NCBI GenBank assembly: GCA_966211305.1
Contig: CBIHPC010000012.1
Coordinates: 44-64,043, forward strand
Length of the DNA stretch: 64,000 nucleotides
From: an uncultured Niastella sp.
GTDB lineage: Bacteria; Bacteroidota; Bacteroidia; Chitinophagales; Chitinophagaceae
Reading direction: 5' to 3'
In this document: piece after piece, positions 57,326 to 64,000 of the stretch
Layout of the letters: every line of letters starts with the position of its first letter
How positions within the stretch are numbered: position 1 is the stretch's first letter
Made by a program: the position numbers and the translations under genes
The notes under the pieces: model-generated
The model's input: the letters and a program-made list of their open reading frames with translations, nothing else
What the model was told of the DNA's origin: nothing
Database searches by the model: none

Positions 57326-59206
57326 TTATACTTTCGCGCTTGCCAGTTGATCGGTACCCAACAGGTCAACACTGCGATTGATAAAGTTGGTAAGATTGCT
57401 TCCTTTCAGCAAACCCTGCGACAGCAAAGCCAGGTCGGCCAGGTTGTGCACCAGTTTAACCTGGGTATCTTTATTATCATTCTTCAGCACCTGCTGGTAA
57501 ATGGGGTGGTTACCATTAACCGTCAGCGTTACTTCATCGGGCATATTGGCGTAAAAGCTACCCATTGGACCGCTCATAGCCGCCATGTCTTTCATCCGGC
57601 GCATAAATTCAGGACGTGTGGCCACTACAGGTGGGGCGTCGGTGCTAAGGCCTTTTACTTCTACGGTAGTGGTAAGGCCAGGTGTTTTGATATCGAACAG
57701 TTCTTTAAGCGCGGTTTCTTCGTCTTTGCTTAAAACGCTTTCGAGGTTCTCCTGTTTATCGATCAGGTTATCGGTAATATCCGAATCAACACGGGTAAAA
57801 TGAACATCGCTCCACTTCATTTCAATCTGGTTAACAAAAGACGGATCGATTATCGTGTCAAGCTTTACAACAACAAAGTTCCGCGCTTCAGCCGCTCTGA
57901 TGTAAGCATCCTGCTGTACCAGATCGGTAGTGTAAAGAATAACCAGTTTGCCTTCTTTATTCTTTTGCAGGGTTTCAGTGGCCATACGGTACTCTTCCAG
58001 CGTATTGAACTTTTTCTCTGCCCCCTCTTCTTTCGACACCAGTTCAAACAAATGGAACTTATTGGCCCTTTCAAAGAACTTGTCGTCGGTCATCATTCCA
58101 TACTTCACAAACAAACCGAGGCTATCCCATTTTCCTTCAAACTCTTTTCTTTCCTTATTGAACAGCTCTTCCAGCTTATCGGCCACCTTTTTGGTAATGT
58201 GATTATTGATCTTTTTCACATTGGGATCGCCCTGCAGGTAGCTGCGGCTTACGTTCAAAGGAATGTCGGGACTATCAATAACCCCCTGCAACAGCATCAG
58301 GAACTCGGGCACAATATCCTTCACTTCTTCAGTAACGAATACCTGGTTGCTGTACAGTTGAATCTTGTCTTTCTGTATTTCGTAGCTCTGTTTTATTTTA
58401 GGGAAGTACAGGATCCCGGTAAGATTGAACGGGTAGTCGACATTCAGGTGTATCCAGAACAGTGGCGGCTCGTTGTACGGATACAGTTCTTTATAGAAAT
58501 TCTGATAATCTTCGGCGGTGAGGTCGGAAGGTTTCTTTTTCCAGGCCGGCTGGGTATTGTTGATGGGCGCGGCCTCTTTTTCTTCGTCTTTATGACGGAA
58601 GTAAATTGGCACGGGCAGAAAACGGCAGAATTTGTTCAGGATACCACGAATACGCTCTGCATCTAAGAACTCGGCGCTGTCTTCGTTAATGTGTAATACG
58701 ATATCGGTACCCCGTTCTGCTTTCCCGGTTTCTTCGAGTGTATATTCCGGACTGCCATCGCATTCCCAGCGAACGGCGGGTGCATCTTCCTTAAAGCTTT
58801 TGGTGAACACTTCCACTTTATCGCTCACCATAAATGCCGAATAAAAGCCCAGACCAAACTTACCAATGATGGCGTTCTCGTTCTGGCCCTTGTATTTTTT
58901 CACAAACTCTTCGGCGCCGCTAAATGCTACCTGGTTCAGGTATTTCTCCACCTCTGCGGCCGACATACCAATACCCCGGTCGGAAATGGTAATGGTCTTT
59001 TTTTCTTCATCGAGTTTCACCTCGATGAGCATGTCGCCAAACTCACCCTTTGCCTCGCCAATGGAGGAAAGCGTTTTTAATTTTTGAGAGGCGTCTACCG
59101 CATTACTTATAAGCTCACGCAGAAAAATATCGTGATCGCTATACAGGAATTTTTTGATTATCGGAAATATGTTCTCGGTATGTACCTGTATGGTCCCTTT
59201 TTGCAT
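57326..59206 (-). CDS. htpG: Molecular chaperone HtpG (Hsp90)
   Basis: I moved the start to MQKGTIQVHTENIFPIIKKFLYSDHDIFLRELISNAVDA, the canonical Hsp90 N-terminus. About 626 aa. Confidence 0.9.
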   Translation of the reverse strand: MQKGTIQVHTENIFPIIKKFLYSDHDIFLRELISNAVDASQKLKTLSSIGEAKGEFGDMLIEVKLDEEKKTITISDRGIGMSAAEVEKYLNQVAFSGAEEFVKKYKGQNENAIIGKFGLGFYSAFMVSDKVEVFTKSFKEDAPAVRWECDGSPEYTLEETGKAERGTDIVLHINEDSAEFLDAERIRGILNKFCRFLPVPIYFRHKDEEKEAAPINNTQPAWKKKPSDLTAEDYQNFYKELYPYNEPPLFWIHLNVDYPFNLTGILYFPKIKQSYEIQKDKIQLYSNQVFVTEEVKDIVPEFLMLLQGVIDSPDIPLNVSRSYLQGDPNVKKINNHITKKVADKLEELFNKERKEFEGKWDSLGLFVKYGMMTDDKFFERANKFHLFELVSKEEGAEKKFNTLEEYRMATETLQKNKEGKLVILYTTDLVQQDAYIRAAEARNFVVVKLDTIIDPSFVNQIEMKWSDVHFTRVDSDITDNLIDKQENLESVLSKDEETALKELFDIKTPGLTTTVEVKGLSTDAPPVVATRPEFMRRMKDMAAMSGPMGSFYANMPDEVTLTVNGNHPIYQQVLKNDNKDTQVKLVHNLADLALLSQGLLKGSNLTNFINRSVDLLGTDQLASAKV

Positions 59207-59354
59207 ATGTATCGATTTTGGCAGTTTAATAGTATGGGAGGAACGCACCAAAGAGAGTGCCATTGGGCCTGCCTGCCTGAAAATCGGCAAAATTGTCAGT
59301 TCGGGTAGGGAAAATATTAGCCCTGACAACGTAAATACCGGTCAATCTGCTAAT

Positions 59355-59723
59355 TTACCGGTGCTGCATCAGACAACCGATCACCCTGATAAAGATTAAA
59401 ATAATCCATATCCAATGCCAGGTTTTAAGCCTACTGCCACCTGTGGGTGGTTGGTTCGAACGTGTTATGCGTACCCGGGGTGTCGGGAACTGTCGGCTGG
59501 CAGTATTATTGCGGGAAGCGTTTATTGCCTGTACCTCTTGTTCTGCCCGTTTTTGTTCGCGGCTCTGGTAATCGTACCCCCGAGCCAGCAGCACCTTACG
59601 GGCTGTTTCCACCTCACCTGCCAAATAGCTTCCACTTGTATCGGTTACTATTTCAATTAGTTGTTCGGTTGTATAACCGGCAAACTGGTCGTGGGTAGCG
59701 TCGCCGGTTTTAAAAAGAGGCAT
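59355..59723 (-). CDS. Hypothetical tail-anchored small protein
   Basis: 122 aa with a soluble N-part (YTTEQLIEIV....ETARKVLLARGY) and a single C-terminal TM helix (WHWIWIILIFIRVIGCL). Confidence 0.45.
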   Translation of the reverse strand: MPLFKTGDATHDQFAGYTTEQLIEIVTDTSGSYLAGEVETARKVLLARGYDYQSREQKRAEQEVQAINASRNNTASRQFPTPRVRITRSNQPPTGGSRLKTWHWIWIILIFIRVIGCLMQHR

Positions 59724-59834
59724 AAACTAACTTTTAGGTTCAGGTAAATATAGCCGTTTATTCAACAGGGCCACACAGGATTATTAATTAGTCCCCTTCG
59801 TTTATTATGTATTATATAAATCAGAAAATAGAAG

Positions 59835-60254
59835 TCAACGTATCAGCATCACAATACCCCTGAGCGGCGGTTCTCCATTTTTACAATCGATGATGTAGGT
59901 ATAAGCGCCTTCGGGAAGCGCGTTGCCATTTCGGGTACCATCCCAGGGACGACTATAACCAACGGCATTGAAAACCATTTCGCCCCAGCGGTTATAAATC
60001 CGCACAGAACAAATATCGAACAGTTCGAGATAAGGAATTTTCCAGGTATCGTTCCTGCCGTCGTTATTAGGGGTAAAGGCATTGGGTACCGGAATTTTTT
60101 CGATCACCTTTACAGTCATTGCATCTTTGGCCACACAACCATGACTGGTAGTACCGGTGAGGATATAGGTGATATCCGTCTCAGGAGTAAAGTCTTCAAA
60201 AGAGATTGGATAATGATGAAACAAAGATATCATACAAACGACACAAACATGCAT
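59835..60254 (-). pseudogene. Orphan T9SS type B (CHU_C) sorting domain; remnant of a larger adhesin gene
   Basis: 139 aa with no signal peptide. The last about 85 aa are a complete type B CTD (VPNAFTPNNDGRNDTW..IYNRWGEMVF..PWDG..EGAYTYI). They are preceded by one partial Ig-like repeat end (YILTGTTSHGCVAKDAMTVKV). Confidence 0.55.
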
Positions 60255-60456
60255 AAATCAACGCCAAGTTTATACACGTGCATATTTGGGCGATAAGTGT
60301 GTTGATTTTGGCAATAACCGTGTAAATAAACCGGTCATTTTTGCGCATATACATTAATCATCCGTTCGCTTTACCCAAAATATTTAATCCGTGGCTCAAA
60401 AAAATAAGTGCGTCCCGAAACAACGGAACGCACTTCTTATCTAATATTATTAACCG

Positions 60457-63400
60457 CTATTGCTTCACAAATTTGATCGTATAATGCTCTTCCGCATTAT
60501 CGGCCGTCAATATATAAACGCCCGGAGCCAAACCGCCGAGGCGGTTATTCAGTTGCTGGTTCAATTGGTTTACGGCTCCTGCTCCATTGATAACTACACG
60601 ACCATCTACACCGCTTACCCGCATGGTATAGGTTTTACCGGTTGTATTGATATTCAGGCTCACGTAACTGGTTACGGGGTTTGGCAATAATACCAGCCTT
60701 GCCCTGCTTTCGCTGGTAAACCGTACGGTGGCTGTCGATGATAAAGCAAACTGGCTATCGAAATCAACCTGCCGCAACCGGTAATAGCTGGTGCCCGGTA
60801 ATGGGTTCACATCGGTGAACTGGTAACGTTGTTCATGATTGCTGTTCCCCGCTCCCGCTACCCGGCCGATCTCAGTGAAACTGCTTCCATCGGCAGAGCG
60901 CTCTACAATAAAATATTTATTGTTCACTTCCATGGAGGTATTCCAGTTAACCAAAACGGCATTGCCATTGGGCCGGGCGGTAAAATTCAGTAAAGTCACC
61001 GGTAACGGGCCGCTCGCCGCAAAAGAGAACCGGGTAAATACCGGCAGGTGGTCCGATGCGGTGCTATCGTTATAACCGGCGATATACGTGCGTGGGTCTT
61101 CAATAGCCGCTGAGCTGTCGATGTAATTCAACCTCAACGGATGGGTTATTACGATGTGATCGATAAGACCTGAACCACCGATAAAGCTCACTTTGCCGGC
61201 GCTATCGAGCGGGCGGGTGAGCGGTACATAATTCGCATTATCTGTAACAAAGGCATTGTATGGCGAAACGGATGCGCCTGAATATATTGAACCATACAGG
61301 CGGTCGTTGTAATCGCCGAGTATGATCACATTATCATTTTTGTACACCGCATCCAGCGTATCTTTTAATACCTGCGCATCGAAAAGGCGGCGGTTATAGC
61401 TTGCCGCATCGGATGATGATTTGCCGTGTACAACAACCAGTCTTACTTTTTTCATTTGTCCGTTTACATTCACATCGAATGTGGCCATATAAGGCAGGCG
61501 GCCCGATGCCCAGAAGTTCGAACCTACCCGGGTTGATAAACCGGCCCGTACGCTATCGTACATGGCTTCAAACAACACACGCGGTGGTTCGGCAGCCGTC
61601 AGCGTCATGGTAGCTGTATTATAAATGAACCCGATCTTTTGCGGCGGGAAATCAGGATCCGGCGCCTGGAATGAATACGACCATCTTGGTGAAGTAACAG
61701 CAGCATAACCGGGTAACTTCAACAGCAATTCATTCAACGCCGAATCGCTCGATACTTCTTCAAACCCTATCACATCCATATTGAGATGCTGCATTACGGT
61801 AGCGATATTGTCGATCTGTCCGGTGATCTTTTGCGGCGTTGGGTTATTGGTATCGTTTGAACCAAAGAAAGCCAGGTTGTAACAGGCCACATCAAATGTT
61901 TCCGCCTTCGGATAGGAAGAACCTGATAAAGCAATTGCATTCTTATTGATGCCAGTGCCACTGATATTCAAACTACCTGTAATGGTTAGCTTTTTAACTG
62001 TGGGTGAAAACCGAATGAATACCGTAGTACCTGCTGCAGCAGTTGCCTGATCTATGACCACCGGTGTACTGCTGAAGTTTATATTGTCGGTAGAGATCTG
62101 AAACCCTGCAGGAACAGTTAAAGTGATATCCGTACTGCCTACAGCCCGAACAGATACCGCCTGTGCCGCCGAGTTGGCGCCGGTGGCAGTTTCGCCAAAA
62201 TTGATCTGGGTTGGTGTAACCGACAACAATGTCGATTGATCAGTGATGGCTATATCGTCAATTGACCAGCGCGCTGCATTCAATGCCGGTGATGAAGTGT
62301 ACTTAAAGGCAACGTATACATTGGCAGCACTCTTATAAGCGCTCAGGTCAATATTATCAGAGAACGTCCAGGTAGTAGTGGCTGAACCGGGTGGTGTTGG
62401 AAAGTTGGCATTGGTGATCTCAGTCCAGGTGGCAGTGGCCGGACTGCTAACTCCATCATAGTCGGTTGAAACATACAATTGTAATACAGGCCCCGTGAAT
62501 TCACCGCGACTGTAAAAACTCAATACCGGCATATTTACAATTCCGTTCAGTTGAAGGGCCGGTGAAATCAGCCACGATTCATTCGTTTGGGCACCGCTGC
62601 CCGATACAAACCCGTTCACCGATACGCCATTGGTGCTGTTCTGCCCAAACTGGCTGCAACCCCATTTTTGCGAACCTGTTGTATTGATCGATAACCAGCC
62701 CGATCCCGGAAGCCCGGCAATGGTACAGCTATTGAAATTAAAGGTGAGTGCAGCAGGATCGGTTGCCTCGCCGGTAAGCGAAATATTCTTGGTAACGGCG
62801 CCAACACTGGCATTGGTAATAGAGCCATTGAATACGCCGGCTGCCGTAGGAGCGAACTTTACATAGATCATCTTATTGGTGGCGTCGGCCGGAGCAACGG
62901 CTACACTATTGCTGAAGGTGATGTTATCGGTTGAAACACTGTAAGGTGCTGCCGTAGTTATTATTACCGGCTGATCGAGGTTGGTTTGACCCACGATGGT
63001 ATAGGTTTGGGTGTTACTGCTGCCAATAGCGGTAGTTGCAAAATTCAGCGCGGTGGTATTCAGTGTAATTGTTTTGGCAGATGGGTCTTCCCATGACAGC
63101 ACCAGATCATCGATGCCCGTGGTTGGCCTTGTGCCGCTGCCTGTTGAAGCATTCAACGCCACCACCCGGATGGTTATAACGCCCGGCTGGTTATCAAGCG
63201 CACTGCCAAAATTCACATGGATGGTATTGTTGGTAAAAGAGGATCCGCCAGTTGTTAACGTACCGGTTGTGGCAGGCACGGTAAAGCTGGTAGGATCATT
63301 TCCCAAAGCGTATTCAACCTGCCAGGTTGTAGTGCGGGTACTGTTGGCATCGAGTGATTGTAAATTAAAGTCGAGCGTAAAATTTATTTTACCGGTTGTA

Positions 63401-64000
63401 TTGGCAATCTGGAATACAAAGGCGCCGCCGGGATCACCTGCACTTCCTGTTTGGCGAAGCCCCACTGCGCGGTCAGTGGCAGACGACTGCGGCTCACCGG
63501 TGCCTATATCGCCTGATGCGTAGTTATAGAAGCCGCCTGAAGTAGCCGTCCAACTGGTAGCAGTTGTTGAAAAGGTAGCTTTGGCGCCTAGGGTACTGGC
63601 AGTGGCGCCGGTTCGTAGGGTTACACCATCAGGTAGGCCGGACCCAATAGCATCGAATGTTTCTGTAAAGGGAGAAGAAACCAAATGAATATAACTAATA
63701 CCCGTACCTGTAACGCCTGTCACTTTGGAAGTAGCGCCGGTACTGGCATTGGTAATGCTTGTTGAATAGGTAGTGGCAGCCGTGGGCGCAAACTTCACAT
63801 AGATCGTTTTGCCGGTAGCCAGGCCGGCATCTGTTTGCAAAATAGTAAGAGAAGAACTGTACGTAATATCATCAATTGAAACGGTAAAAGGCGCTGCCGC
63901 AGTTACAATAACATCATTGGCAAGATCGGACCCGGTCAAAGTATATGTATGTGCGGCGGAAGTGGAACCGGTCGCCGTTTCCGGAAATATCAATACCCCG
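60457..64000 (-). CDS. Large T9SS cargo (5' end outside window): Ig-like repeats plus an endonuclease/exonuclease/phosphatase (EEP) domain plus a type A Por sorting tail
   Basis: The frame is still open at nt 64000. EEP motifs are FDVACYNLAFFG, VIGFEEV, ILGDYND and SDHLPVF. The C-terminus GVYILTADNAEEHYTIKFVKQ has the shape of a type A CTD. Confidence 0.8.
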   Translation of the reverse strand, partial: GVLIFPETATGSTSAAHTYTLTGSDLANDVIVTAAAPFTVSIDDITYSSSLTILQTDAGLATGKTIYVKFAPTAATTYSTSITNASTGATSKVTGVTGTGISYIHLVSSPFTETFDAIGSGLPDGVTLRTGATASTLGAKATFSTTATSWTATSGGFYNYASGDIGTGEPQSSATDRAVGLRQTGSAGDPGGAFVFQIANTTGKINFTLDFNLQSLDANSTRTTTWQVEYALGNDPTSFTVPATTGTLTTGGSSFTNNTIHVNFGSALDNQPGVITIRVVALNASTGSGTRPTTGIDDLVLSWEDPSAKTITLNTTALNFATTAIGSSNTQTYTIVGQTNLDQPVIITTAAPYSVSTDNITFSNSVAVAPADATNKMIYVKFAPTAAGVFNGSITNASVGAVTKNISLTGEATDPAALTFNFNSCTIAGLPGSGWLSINTTGSQKWGCSQFGQNSTNGVSVNGFVSGSGAQTNESWLISPALQLNGIVNMPVLSFYSRGEFTGPVLQLYVSTDYDGVSSPATATWTEITNANFPTPPGSATTTWTFSDNIDLSAYKSAANVYVAFKYTSSPALNAARWSIDDIAITDQSTLLSVTPTQINFGETATGANSAAQAVSVRAVGSTDITLTVPAGFQISTDNINFSSTPVVIDQATAAAGTTVFIRFSPTVKKLTITGSLNISGTGINKNAIALSGSSYPKAETFDVACYNLAFFGSNDTNNPTPQKITGQIDNIATVMQHLNMDVIGFEEVSSDSALNELLLKLPGYAAVTSPRWSYSFQAPDPDFPPQKIGFIYNTATMTLTAAEPPRVLFEAMYDSVRAGLSTRVGSNFWASGRLPYMATFDVNVNGQMKKVRLVVVHGKSSSDAASYNRRLFDAQVLKDTLDAVYKNDNVIILGDYNDRLYGSIYSGASVSPYNAFVTDNANYVPLTRPLDSAGKVSFIGGSGLIDHIVITHPLRLNYIDSSAAIEDPRTYIAGYNDSTASDHLPVFTRFSFAASGPLPVTLLNFTARPNGNAVLVNWNTSMEVNNKYFIVERSADGSSFTEIGRVAGAGNSNHEQRYQFTDVNPLPGTSYYRLRQVDFDSQFALSSTATVRFTSESRARLVLLPNPVTSYVSLNINTTGKTYTMRVSGVDGRVVINGAGAVNQLNQQLNNRLGGLAPGVYILTADNAEEHYTIKFVKQ

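Overview
64-kb chromosomal window from a Bacteroidota genome. The phylum call is an inference from the SprA T9SS translocon, type A and type B T9SS C-terminal sorting domains, bamD-rpoZ-coaBC-DUF4835 synteny, TTG/TAnnTTTG promoter boxes and the absence of Shine-Dalgarno sequences. The gene content looks Chitinophagia/Sphingobacteriia-like. I can support about 47 protein genes, and most are housekeeping. They include futalosine-pathway mqnD and mqnB, two tandem 6-pyruvoyl-tetrahydropterin synthase paralogs plus folE, fabD, fabH, ruvA, sprA (2385 aa), guaB, scoAB, coaBC, rpoZ, bamD, an OmpA-family porin, a polyprenyl synthase, recJ, an AraC regulator with a tripartite RND efflux operon, and htpG. 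There are also several T9SS cargo proteins. I found no rRNA, tRNA, CRISPR array, transposase or prophage. All product calls rest on motif and family recognition by eye, with no database search. The parts most worth a second look are these. (1) A signalling island at 33.9-39.1 kb: a one-TM, sensor-less HisKA_3 kinase flanked by two paralogous stand-alone 7-TM proteins, with two paralogous NarL-type regulators, an orphan 128-aa protein and a 0.9-kb non-coding leader full of direct repeats. (2) Nearly every intergenic spacer is built from stuttered 7-16-nt words, and at least five word families recur at unlinked spacers, often in the 5' leaders of genes. (3) A perfectly phased 11-bp x 9 array lies between two terminators. 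(4) A roughly 31-bp-stem hairpin lies after guaB. (5) A pdeM gene is detached from its usual ligase/helicase partners and translationally coupled to an HDAC-family gene. (6) There are two gene relics: an amidohydrolase C-terminus and an orphan T9SS type B sorting domain.
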